This document shows, piece by piece, positions 40,706 through 52,777 of a DNA stretch of 64,000 bases (position 1 is the stretch's first letter; every line of letters starts with the position of its first letter). The DNA is from Eledone cirrhosa (lineage: Eukaryota). The notes beneath the pieces were generated by a model. The model worked only from the letters and a program-made list of their open reading frames with translations, made no database searches and was not told the origin of the DNA. Where the stretch lies: NCBI GenBank assembly GCA_964016885.1, contig OZ024742.1, forward strand, positions 95,790,001 to 95,854,000, written 5' to 3'. The position numbers and the translations under genes were made by a program.

Positions 40706-40997
40706 TATAATAACTAAAAATTGATAAACATATAAATAAACATGAATAATCACAGGAGATAATTTTTACAAGTGTGTAAGCACACATAGCTAGGTTGTTA
40801 ACTAAATAAAGTTAACCAGAACTTCAAAAATAGATACCTTATAATATGATTAATCATATTATAAGGTATCTATTTTTGAAGTTCTGGTTAACTTTATTTA
40901 GTTAACAACCTAGCTATGTGTGCTTACACACTTGTAAAAATTATCTCCTGTGATTATTCATGTTTATTTATATGTTAATCAATTTGTAGTTATTATA
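40706..40997. repeat. 292-bp spacerless palindrome
   Basis: 146-bp arms centred on ATGATT|AATCAT (40851/40852); two mismatches seen, both distal. Confidence 0.95.
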
Positions 40998-41647
40998 AAA
41001 TGCTCGGCCCTATTCGTTAGAATCTTAGAGCTTATTTTGCAGGTGATATGGCGCATGTCTTTCTGGCATGACACACATAATTTTGATTATCTTAATTTTG
41101 GATATAGATATATAAATACGGCTCCTTAATTGTAGAGCTAACTCTGTTGAAAGGATTTGACTGCTGTTTCTAGTTGTCGATAACCCTATTCACGCCACTG
41201 TGACTAAGCTGGTATGATGTGTGTATTTCTAGTAGATACAGCACGTGTTGCTGGCCAGTCGCTGATTTGAACTTGAAGTGTAAACATAGATTGCTGGACT
41301 TCTTCCTTGTTGAAAATCCAAGTACCAGCCTCCATGGTTTACCATTCGATTAATTGGTGAAATATATTTCTTTAATGGAATATATACAGGGAAGATTAAT
41401 CATATTATAAGGTATCTATTTTTGAAGTTCTAGTTAACTTTATTTAGTTACCTACCTAGCTATGTGTGCTTACACACTTCTAAAAATTATCTCCTGTGAT
41501 TATTCATGTTTATTTATATGTTAATCAATTTGTAGTTATTATGAAATGTTCGGACCTATTCGTTAGAATCTTAGAACTTATTTTGTGGGTGATATGGCAC
41601 ATGTCTTTCTGGCATGACACCCATAATTTTGATTATCTTAATTTTGG

Positions 41648-41650
<3 letters not shown>
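40848..41650 (+). mobile_element. Penelope-like partial tandem unit (period 546 bp) with inverted 5' copy
   Basis: 40848-41105 repeats at 41394-41650; the whole structure is flanked by (TA)n. Non-coding; class inferred from architecture only. Confidence 0.55.
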
Positions 41651-41681
<31 letters not shown>

Positions 41682-42017
41682 GGAGGCACATGGCTTAGTG
41701 GTTAGAGCATTGGCCTTGCAATCGAAAGGTTGTGAGTTCAATTCTCAGACTGGGTGATGTGTTGTTTCCTTGAGCAAGACACTTTACTTCACATTGCTCC
41801 AGTTTACTCAGCTGTAGAAATGAGATGATAGGGACTGGGGTCCATATCATCCCACTGCAAAGTGGTCGTGGAGGTGCCACGGCAAAAAAAGCACCCAGCA
41901 CTCACTGTAAATGAGGTTGGTGTTAGGAAGGGCATCCAGCTGTAGAAATAAAGCCAAAATCAGTTTCCGTCCCACCCTTGCAAGCAGGGAAAAAGCGGAC
42001 ATAAAATGAAATGATGA
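41682..42017 (+). mobile_element. SINE family B, full length
   Basis: Close paralog of 25907-26253; again directly after (TA)n. Confidence 0.9.
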
Positions 42018-42042
42018 TAGAGAAAGAGAGAGAAAAAAATTA

Positions 42043-42660
42043 ACTTGTAACAGTGAGTTCAAGAATTGGTTGTTGAGTGGTCTTGTGAAAATCTGATAGC
42101 CTCAATGCCCTAGTGCACTTTGATTGCACTTTGGCTGCATACCAGTTAGACTTTGAAGAAACACTTAGATATATTTTGTCAATTTTCTCATCATTTGTAA
42201 TTGTTATATAACTCTGATTAAGCAATTCTGTTTTTAATACTTTCAGTCATTGAGTAAAGACAGGACACCACATATATATATATATATAATTATGTATCTA
42301 AATGTATGTGTAATTTTGTACCGAATCCCTTATAGTTGAGTGAAATAGGGTGGTACTGGCTGCTTCTTCTAGTAAATATATTACTCACTGGATATACAGC
42401 CTTTAATTCGCTTCTGTGACCATTATACCACATGATAATTCTCTCTCCTCAGAATTGTTCACTTGTAATGGTCAGTTCAAGAATTAGTCCTTTCATTGAG
42501 GGGTCTTTTGAAAATATGATTATATCATGGCCCTGGTTCACTACTGTTCCACTCTGACTGCATACCAGTTGGCGAAACTGTACAGTCGGACTTCAAAGAA
42601 AAAATTTGGTATATTTTGTCTATTTTCTTTTCATATTTATAATTGTTTTGTATAATTGTT
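42043..42660 (+). repeat. diverged direct repeat, period about 417 bp (Penelope-like remnant?)
   Basis: ACTTGTAA..AGTTCAAGAATT...CTGCATACCAGTT...TATATTTTGTC occurs at about 42043 and about 42460. Confidence 0.6.
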
Positions 42661-43570
42661 ATATATATATATATATATATATATATGAAGCATACATCTA
42701 CTGAAGCCTCCAACCCACACTGTAAAGTGGTCTTGTAGGTGTCTCAGTATGACAAAAAGCACCCAGCATTCACTGTAAATGAGGTTGGCACTAGGAAAGG
42801 CATCCAGCTGTAGAAACCATGTCAAAATTGGTTCTTTACGAGAAGACTTGGTCACTTGACCTGGAATTGCTCACAACAGGTTAGCTCATCTAACCCATTC
42901 TAATGGGGACAAATGGATGTTAAATGGAGATGATGATGATGATATATATCATCATCGCCATCATCGTTTAACATCCGTCTTCCATGCTAGCATAGCTTGG
43001 ATGGTATCATATATATATGATAGGTTCTTGATGATTTCAAATGAATGAAATAGTTCTTGTCATGTAAAAGTCATTTCCATATTAAATAAACTTATACCTT
43101 CTCAACTAATGTATTGAGCACCTTATTTATCTATGGTCCTCTTCCATTCCTTTTCAGAAAATTATTCTTGATTATAAATATATATATATGTGTGTGTGCT
43201 TATATATGTGCATGTATATATCTGTATGTATGTAGGTATGAATGTAAGTATGGAGATGTATGTAAGTAGTGCATTAAACTGATGACAGTTGTATGTCAAT
43301 TGGACAAGTGGACACAAGCAATCTGTAGAAGACATGAAGTGAATAACTACATGAAGTGAATAACTAGAGGTTGGCACAGGTAGTCTAGTTTAAAATCCCA
43401 TCTCACATAGAATGTACTTTAATCTTACAGCTGTCTGTAATGCTATTTTCATAATTATATTTTTAAAAAGTGTCTTTGTCCCCACCTCCATTTAAATATG
43501 TGATTGTATCTAATATGTGATTGTATCTATGTACACACACACACATACAACAACAACAACAATAATAATG

Positions 43571-45388
43571 ATGAATGGAGTATCAGCAAAAATAACAGCA
43601 TTTATCAAACATGCCATAAGTAAATGGCAAAAAATTCTGCTGATACAAACAAAAGATTATACAATAAAAACAGAGCATATCCCAAACAACAGAAGCATAT
43701 TCCAAGGAGACTCCCTATCTCCACTGCTATTTTGCCCAGCATTAACACAACTATCTGAAACACTAAACAGAACTGGGTTCGGGTATAAATGCTACAATGG
43801 TAAAATTAACCATCTCCTATATATGGATGATCTAAAGCTGTATGCTACAAATGAAAAACAACTCCAAACACTGCTCCAAACTGTACACGGATTCACAAAA
43901 GAAATAGGTATGAAATTTGGATTAGAAACATGTGCTAAGGCAACTCTAAAGAGTGGGAAGCTAGTGAGAAGCAATAATATCATGTTAGATAAAGAAACAG
44001 AAATAAGAGAATGAGATCAAACTCAAATAGAAATACTTACGAATCAACGAACTCGATAAGATTCAACACACACACAGATGAAAAAAAGATTAGAAAATAA
44101 TACTACAGAAGAATTAGGTTAATACTCAAAACTGAAATAAATGCATAAAATAAGGTGATTGTCATCAACACTTTAGCAGTCCCAGTAATGAGCTACGGCT
44201 TTAACATTTTGAACTGGACACTAAAAGAACTAGCTGGCATAGATAGAAAAACAAGAAAAATAATGACCGTATTTAGAAGACACCATCCAAATTCAGACGT
44301 AGAAAGATTATACCTACCAAGAACACAAGGAAAAAGGGACCTTATGCAACTAGAAAACTCTTATAAAATAACTACTGTAGGACTATAAAAATGCCTAATA
44401 AAAAACAAAGGAAAGCTAATACAAATAACCATGAAGCATGAACAAAACAAAAACTGTTCTCAAATCAGAAACTGGACTAACAGATAATTGTGAGGAAAAT
44501 GAAAGTAAAGAAAAGACAACAATAGAAATTGCGAAAGACATAAAGTTAAAATTGAAAACTGACATCCAGAATTCCATGTTAAAACGACAGTAAGAGAAAT
44601 ACTTATATGTCCAATACCCCAAAAAACTAAATAGATAGGAAGAAAACAAAGAAAATACACAAAACTGCTCTGAAGCACTGGGCTAAAAGCTGAGACAAAA
44701 GGATTTCTAATTGCAGCGCAGGACCAGAGTCTACCTACCAGAAACTATCAGAAGTACATAATGAAACAAAGCACTATAAGTAACTGTAGACTATGTGGAG
44801 ATAGGGAAGAAACAATTAACCACATAGTGTCAGGATGCCTAGCACTAGCCAAAAAAGAATATATCCACAGGTATGACAGAGTTGGGACCTTCATACACTG
44901 GAAATTATACCAGCATTATGAAATTCCAACAGAAAAAAGATGGCACACACCAGAGAAAGTGTCTGAGAATGACAAAGCAACCATTCTCTGCCAATACATA
45001 CTGACAGAGAGATCAAGATCAACTGACCAGATATATTCAAAGACCACAAAGAAAAAATGCCTTCTAATAGATATATATCTATCTCCACAGACGACAATAT
45101 ATCTTCCAAGGAAATAGAGGAACTCTCCAAATATAAATATCTAGAGATAGAAATAAACCGACTGTGGAAAATGAAAACAGAAACAATACCTATAGCAATA
45201 GGTGCTCTAGGAATGATAAAAAAATCACACAGACTAATACATAGTCAAAACTAAGCACTACTGGGCACTGCACACATATTACGAAAATTACTATCAATTC
45301 ACTAGAAACAACATCAACAAAAACTTCACTGCTCATACCCAAGGCACACAGAGCTGTGCTGGGTAAAGCAGTAATGATGCGCAATAAA
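43571..45388 (+). mobile_element. 5'-truncated R4/Dong-like retrotransposon
   Basis: IFQGDSLSPLLFC, INHLLYMDDLKLY, CRLCGDREETINHIVSGC, IPIAIGALGMIKK. Confidence 0.9.
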
Positions 45389-45390
45389 AA

Positions 45391-46023
45391 TGTTTCTATT
45401 TTTGGCACAAGGCCAGCAATTATCTCAGTGCTTTACTGGTACTTTATTTTATCGACCCTGTAAGGATGAAAGGCAAAGTTAACTTCGGCGGGATTTGAAC
45501 TCAGACCGTAAAGGGGCGAAACTCTGTGATGCATTTGACCCTCTACTGATACTGCCAATTAAAAATAATAATGGAAATAATAATAATAATAATGGTTTCT
45601 TATATAGGCACAAGGCCAGCATTTCTGGAGGTGAGGAAAGTTGATTAAATCAACCCCAGTGTGTGACTGGTACTTTATTTTAATGACTCCGTAAGGAGGA
45701 AAGACAAAGTTAACCTTGGTGGGATTTGAACCTAGATCATAAAGGGTTGTAACTCTATGCTGCAAAGCATGGTGTCTGAGGCTCTACTGATGCTGCCAAT
45801 CCACTGCCATGGTTTCTGATTTAGGCACAAGGCCAATAATTATGGAGCCAGCAAACAGTTGATTAAATTGACCTCAGGGCATTATTGGTATTCTATTTCA
45901 TGGAGCCGAAAGGATGAAAGGCTAACTAACCTCGGCAGAATTTGAAGTCAGAAAGTAAAGGGCCGTCACTATATGCCACGCAACTTGGTCTTCGACACTA
46001 CTGATACAGCAAATCCACCACCT
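45391..46023 (-). mobile_element. three head-to-tail SINE family A variants
   Basis: Consensus matches at about 45391-45558, 45592-45808 and 45810-46023. Confidence 0.85.
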
Positions 46024-46309
46024 TAATAATAATAATAATAATAATAATAATGATTTCTTTATTAACCACAAGGGTTTACATAAAGTAGACATTAAGGACA
46101 GTACAGGACAATACAGGGCGGTACAAATGGGCATTTCTGCGTGTAAAAAAACAAGAAACAGAGGATGTAATAATAGAACAATGAAAAAAATTCCCCAATA
46201 GGGGGAGGGGGGAGCCTTCCGAAGGACATTCGTGGAGAAAGCCCATTAAAAAGCCACAGTGACTCTGACCACCACGGCAAGTGCCCTCTCCCAGTTTTCC
46301 ACTCTTATT

Positions 46310-49300
46310 TTACAGACACATACTCAGAGTAGGCCCATTCACTCGGGCCATTCTTGCCTCTCTCACCCATCTTTCAACAAAATGCTGGGAAGAGAGCACT
46401 TCCCTTTCTACTCTGATTTTTCTTTTCAAATGAGGTAAGTGCTCGTCTTCAGCCCTTTCAAAAGTGGCCACCATACTATCTCTTTCGCCATGGCCACCAG
46501 ACAGATAAAAACTGCCTGCCCTTCCCGGCTAAAGGAAGAGGGCGGGACAATCCTCACGATGGACTCAGCTGATAGCCGGATCCGTCCCACACGCGACAGC
46601 AGGTGTTCGACATAAACCCACAAGTCAGCAATACTCGGACACTGGACGAGTGCGTGCAGGACGGTTTCGTCGCCCTGCGCGCATCTCGGACATGCCCGGC
46701 TGACGGCACCTCCATGCCTGTAGAGTTTATCCCGAACTGGCAAAGCTCCTCGGTAGCACTGCCAGGCCAGGGATTTCTGGAAGTTGTCCATAGGCCCAGG
46801 CCCGAAAGTTCTTCCGAAGAGATTGGCTAGTTGATTTTCGTCGACGCCTAGAGTTTCCCCAAGTACGTCGTCGCTCTTCCAATCCACTAATCCTCTATAG
46901 AACGCCATGGTGGAGTTTCCACCGATCACATTGCCCGATTGGTCGAGGGCTGTGAGCGCCTGAAGACATTCCAGTCTCCAAGCGCTCCCTCTCGGTCTTC
47001 GCTTGACCCAGGACTGCAGCTCCGTCAAGGAGACGAGCTGGGAAAAGACGCGTCTAGCAAACGGAGACCACACCTGATCACCGTCGAGGAAGAGGTGGAG
47101 ATGTCGTAGCCTGAGCGCGTGTCTACGCATCATCAGCCACGGCATCATCAGCCACGTAGCGGGTGTTGACAGCAGATGGACCGCCTGACCATCGGAGCGG
47201 GTCCCTTCCACAAAAAGCGAAAGAGCAAACGCTCCAGCGCAGTCAGGCGGGGTTTAGGACAAGGTACGACGGTCAGGCGGTAGTAGATGACGGACGCGAT
47301 ATACGCGTTAGCCACCTCCGCCCGACCTTTCATGGATAGCTTCCTCTCGGCCCATTTCTGGGTGATAGAAGCCCCACTGCTCGTCACTTCGTCCCAGTCT
47401 TTGTCCATCTGGAGATCCGGACCGAACCAGACCCCGAACAATTTAACTGGTCCGTCCGTCCAGCGCCCGACGACGCTGTTGGACGGCATCGACCTGCCTC
47501 TCCAGGTGCCGAGCTGCAGGCCCACTGACTTTTCCTGGTTGATCATTGCTCCTGTCACCGCTTCGTATTCTTTTAGTGTAGTGCCGATCGCCTCGATGTG
47601 TTTGGCGTTCGACACCACTACGGTCACATCGTCCGCATATGCTGACACGGATCTTCCGCATCCTAGTTCGCGCGGGACCCCCCTCAACGTCTCCAGTTTG
47701 TGCAGTAATGGCTCGAGAGTCAATACGTACAAGAGGGACGAGAGGGGACATCCTTGGCGGACCGAGCGCATGATGTTGAACGGTTCCGAAAGGTGACCGT
47801 TCACTCTCACCTCAGAACAGATGTCGCTGTGCAAGGCAGCGATCCAGCCTCTGAAGACGGGCCCAAAGCCAGCCGCCCTCAGGACTGCCCCTAGGTAACG
47901 ATGGTCGACCCTATCGAAAGCTTTCGACTGATCTAAATTGATCAAGGACCCACCCGTCCCAGGTTCCCTAGCTACACCCTCTCTACGATGTATCGCATGA
48001 GGTGGAGGTTGTCGTGGATGGATCTGTCGGGAATGGTGCATGTCTGCGCCTCTCCCACCAGACCATCAACGACAAGCGCCAACCTCTTTGCTAGCACCTT
48101 GGCCAAAATCTTGAACTCTGTGTTTAGCAGAGTTATGGGGCTAAAATTATCTATGTTATCCCCCTTGTTCGGATCCTTTCTCAGCTGCGCCACAACTCCT
48201 CGGCTCACAGAGCTGGGAATTCTGCCGTTCTGTTGCCAGTTGCAGTAGACGTCCGCCAAGAGGCCTCCGAAAAAGTCTGGCATATGTACGTAAAGTGCAT
48301 AGGGCAGACCATCCAAACCAGGCGATTTACCCTTTGTGCAGCTAGTCATTGCCCCCCGTACTTCAGCGGCTGTTATCCGGTTTTCGCAACACTTCGCCTC
48401 AGTGGCCGAGAGCCGCGACAGTCCGTCGATGTAGACACTAAAGTCCATCCCTCGATCCGGCCCGCCGCTGCCCCCGAACAACTGAGCGAAGTGTCGCTGA
48501 AAAGCTTCACACATTCGCCTGGGATCGAGTAGCATGCGCCCGTCGTGGTCCACCAAAGACCGAATCGTGGCTTTGTTGCCACAACGCGCCTCCGCCACTC
48601 GGGCCCATTGAACGGCTTTCGTTCCCTCGTGTCTGAGAGCACGCACCCTAGCTCTGACAACGCAGCCTTCCTGCTTTGCATTGAAGAATTGGTCAAGGGC
48701 CAATTTCGCCGCAAGTACGTCGGTCGCGATGCCTTTGCTAAGCGCCTCGTCTAATTTCTAACTAATTCTCCCTCTGCTCTATTTTTCTCTATTGCTAAAG
48801 CTTTACTAAACCTAATGGACTCTATTCTAATTGCTCTTTTCAGAGCAAACCACCACTTGTTGTTGACGATGGCCCCCGTCAACATCCGCTTAACTAGTTC
48901 GCTAATCCGGTCTCTGTAGGCCTTGCGCGCTGGTAAGGACGCGTTTAGCTTCCAGTAGCCGGGTCCTCGTCTATGAAGCCTATCTAAGTCAAGCACACAG
49001 ATCACGAATTTGTGGTCCGTGTAGCTGACTATCTTGAACTGTGGACAGCCTATGCTAGACCTATCTATTTCTCTACAAAATACTCTATCTAGATATGATC
49101 TGGATGACCCTATGCGATTTGTCCAAGTCCACATTGGCACATTCGGGAAATCCAATCGGTACCTGTCAGACAGTTCAAAACGCCTGAGCAGGCTGGTGAG
49201 GCTCTTGCACCCTCCTCCCCTATCCGCTAATCCCACACAGTCTCAGCGTGCATCTAAGATCCCGTTCCAGTCGCCCACTAACACTAAAGAGCGGGACGTT

Positions 49301-49691
49301 CCAAGAAAGGTCTCCAGACGCCGGAAGAAATCAGGCCGCCCTGTTCCTGTCGGGGCATAGACGGCCACTAGCCTGAAAGCTTGCCCGTCTCCGCTGGTCA
49401 CGTCTAGCACCACCAACTTACCTTCTGGGTCCAGGAAGATGGCCCGTATGGCGAAATCCAAACCTCTCCGAAAAAGCACAGCAACTCCTCCCCCCGATAC
49501 CGGACGGCTGGGAGATGCGTACACATCGTAGCCGCCAAAGATCGGTGCGAAGACCGTGCTTCGGAGATTCTGGTCTCGCTGATGGCCACTACATCTATGT
49601 TTAGTGACCTGAGGTCGTTGAGCAGGTGGCCCTGCTTCCATGACGACCCCAAGCCACGCGCATTTATGCTGCCTATTCTGAGTTAGGTCAT
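46310..49691 (-). pseudogene. Tx1 ORF2 (APE + RT + zf-RVT) with stops and frameshifts
   Basis: VYAP, GDWNG, YLDR, KSPGLDGLP, LDQSKAFDRVDH, VRQGCPLS, YADD, CPRCAQGDETVLHALVQC across ORF pieces. Confidence 0.93.
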
Positions 49692-49730
49692 GTTGAAATG
49701 GAGTGGAAAAGATGGGAAAGACCACTTACC

Positions 49731-51668
49731 TTACTTCTCGTAGAGGAAGATGGTTTGTCCACCCTTTTCACTGCTTGTGGCCTCCTCCGGAAGGATGTCC
49801 TTATAAATCCTCCTGGAGAGTGCTTGTCGGAAGTCTCCGATGTCTTTGGGAAATTTTTGTTTTAGTGTCGTGTACGTTTTCTGTGTGATGCGAGTGATTT
49901 GTATGTGTGGAGGTCGTGTGAACTTTTGGGTTGTTGTGTAGTCTTTTTCTGTGATGCTGGTGTTGTGTTGCATGTAGTGTAATAATTGGTTGTTGTTCAA
50001 ATTTAATGCTGTGTAGTGTGTATCGTTTTGGTTGTTTTGTTTTGTTTGCGTTTGTTGTGGGCTTGTTTCTGTTACGCTTTTTGGTGACTTTTGTCGTGTT
50101 ATGGTTAATGATGGTGATGGTATTGGTGTTTTGGTGATGGGGTTGTTGATGCTGGTGTAGATGGTGGCATATCTGTCTTAACTTTCTTGTTCGATAATTT
50201 ATTTGTTTCCCTCTGTATTTTGTTTTTTGAGGGGGAAGGAAGAGAATTTTTTTCTTTTTTGGTTTCTTTTTTTTTCTTTTTTCCTGATACCGTTTCCCAC
50301 TCCTCGTCGTCACAATCTGTCTCCAGTTGCGATAAGCCGGGGAGTGGAAAATCCTCCACAGGCGTTGGTTTTGGTTGTGGCGTGGTGGATGGTGTAGGCG
50401 CTGGTGCTAGTTCTGGGGCGTTGGGTGGTGGTGGTGTTGGTTTTGCTACTGTTGCTGGGGTTGTTGCTGTTACAGTTGCTTCTGTTGTTGCTGCTACAGT
50501 TGTTGCTGCTATTTCTGCTGCTTGTGGTGTTGATGGTTGAGTCACTGGGGTGGGTAAGAGAGGTGGCATCAACCTTTTAGCCTGAGGGCAGAAAGCCCTT
50601 AGGTGGGATCCTTCACCACAAACGACACACCTAGGTCTTCTGCCCTCGACGATTACGGTGAGGTGGCTGCCGTCAGTGAGGTCTATTACCTCTGGGATCT
50701 CCTCAATGCTTTTATGGTCCGCTTGGATCAGGAGCTCCATCCCAGATCCGGACCAGTTCTCCTGCTTTTCTTTTGCTATTTCTATTATTTTGGTGTTGGC
50801 ATCGATGCCGGCGAGGACGGCAGCCATTAGCCAGGGAATTCCGATGGCCGGTGGAACGTGGGTCACCCTGAACTGATCTTCACAAGTCTCTGGCCACAAT
50901 AGCTTGGGATGAGTGTGAAGTCGTCGCTTCTTAATGGGGCCATGGAGTGTTCTCTGGCCTCCTGTGGTGTTTCAAAGAACACGTCAACGGTTCCATACTT
51001 CTGCCCACGTCTGATGTGGGTTTTGTTTTGCCCACACATGTCCCAAAGCTTTTTGGATTTGGGACTCAGATGCCCGTTCCACTCGGCGCGATTTTATGTT
51101 TATTGTCCGATAAGACACGGTGTTTAGGCGACATTGCTCCATTTTATTAGGTAGGGGGGTGGTGAAACTGACCCTGTACCCATCGTTCTTTACCATTCAT
51201 TTGGCTTCGTCTAATTCTTCCTGAGTTACCTGGATCGCTTCGCACGTTTTTGCTACTCTAGCAAAACTCAGGGTAGTTTTCTTAATTTCATTGTTGCTGT
51301 TGTTATTATCGTTAGTTTTGCTGTTGTCAATTTTAGTTTCAGTTGTGGTGGTGGTGGCGTCAGTGGTGTTCGGTGTGGAAGAGTTCATTTTGGTTGAATT
51401 CATTCCGATATCATGAGTTAATTTATATTTTTCTTTTGTTTCTGTTGTCGCTGTGGGGGGTGGTGGTTGTCGCGGTGTTGGTGGTGGTAGTGGCGGCTTT
51501 AACACCTGCAGTCATTGGTAATGGCGGGAAATGAACGTCTGCCAGAGACAAATTTAAAATATTGCTACTGCTTACAATTCCAGTGTTGGCAAACGTAGCA
51601 ATATTTACAATGGTGGTGTCGGTGTGAGGTGTTGGATTGTGAGGAAGGAGTGAATCTGAGTCATCCAT
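49731..51668 (-). pseudogene. Tx1 ORF1 (CCHC knuckle, Pro/Thr-rich linker), disrupted
   Basis: CVVCGEGSHLRAFC; pieces 51423-51668, 51197-51505, 50984-51196, 50105-50899, 49731-50000. Confidence 0.85.
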
Positions 51669-51903
51669 TATTTTTCAAAGAAAACATTTTTTGTTTGATA
51701 ATTATAAAAAGTTTAAATTTTGGGCTCAAGGGCCCAATATTTTTGAGTGTCCTTTTCAGAAATCAATGTATGTGCACTTATATATAGTTAACAATAAACA
51801 TTTTCCAAAAATGGCAATTTTAAATAACTGAAAATAACAAACCTTTGCGGAGCTCACGATGATACGAATTACTACGTAGGCCGCCAATAATAATAATAAT
51901 AAT

Positions 51904-52413
51904 CACATCTCAATCTTGTGGAACTTTAGCATCCAAACAGACCGAAAAATAGATGCAAATAGACCTGATATAATACTGAAGGACTTTAAAAAGAGGGTAT
52001 GCCTGCTAATTGATATGTCCGTTCCAATAGACAAGAATGTATCTATAAAAACATTTGAAAAATTGAGCAAGTATAAGGGTGTGGAGATAGAAATTGGAAA
52101 AATGTGAAAATTGAGAATTAAAACAATACCAGTGGTTGTAGGCGCTCTAGGAATGATACCTAAGGGGTCTAATGATTACTTATCGCACCCCAGGAAACCC
52201 GCGTATAGGAGAAATACAAAATATAGTACTAATGGGAACTGCCCATATACTAAGGAAGATTCTGTCAATATACATCACAAGTCTAAACACCTAAAGATGC
52301 ATGTGTGAGTATGTATGTTCTTTCTTGAACATGGCGGACCTTGTTGTCTCTTGAGGTCACTGGTTGTGACTTGGTGATAACTCGTATGAACATAAAGCAA
52401 GATAAATGTAGCT

Positions 52414-52465
<52 letters not shown>
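51904..52465 (+). mobile_element. short 3' fragment of an R4/Dong element with (TAA)n tail
   Basis: WNFSIQTDRKIDANRPDII..LIDMSVP..EKLSKY; IPVVVGALG; long (TAA)n at about 52415-52465. Confidence 0.9.
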
Positions 52466-52466
<1 letters not shown>

Positions 52467-52762
52467 TGTTTCTACTTTAGGCAGAAGGCCAGCAATTACC
52501 CAGTGCATTACTGGTACTTTATTTTATCGACCCCGTAAGGATGAAAGGCAAAGTCAACCTCGGCGGGATTTGAACTCAGAACGTAAAGGGACGTAACTAT
52601 GCTGGAAAGCATGGCGTCCGATCCTCTACCGATAATAATAATAATAATAATATTAAAAAATAATAATAATAATTGTTTCTACTTTAGGCACAAGGCCAGC
52701 AATTACCCAGTACATTACTGGTACTTTATGTTATCGACCCCGTAAGGATGAAAGGCAAAGTT
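52466..52762 (-). mobile_element. two 5'-truncated SINE family A copies
   Basis: 52466-52633 and 52673-52762, each embedded in (AAT)n. Confidence 0.9.
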
Positions 52763-52777
52763 AATAATAATAATAAT

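Larger units (their letters stand above)
46052..51885 (-). mobile_element. full-length Tx1/L1-clade retrotransposon (copy B, 5834 bp), disabled
   Basis: Starts GGCGGCCTACG right after (ATT)6 and ends AATAAAGAAATC(ATT)9; 5' UTR, ORF1, ORF2 and 3' UTR all present. Confidence 0.95.
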
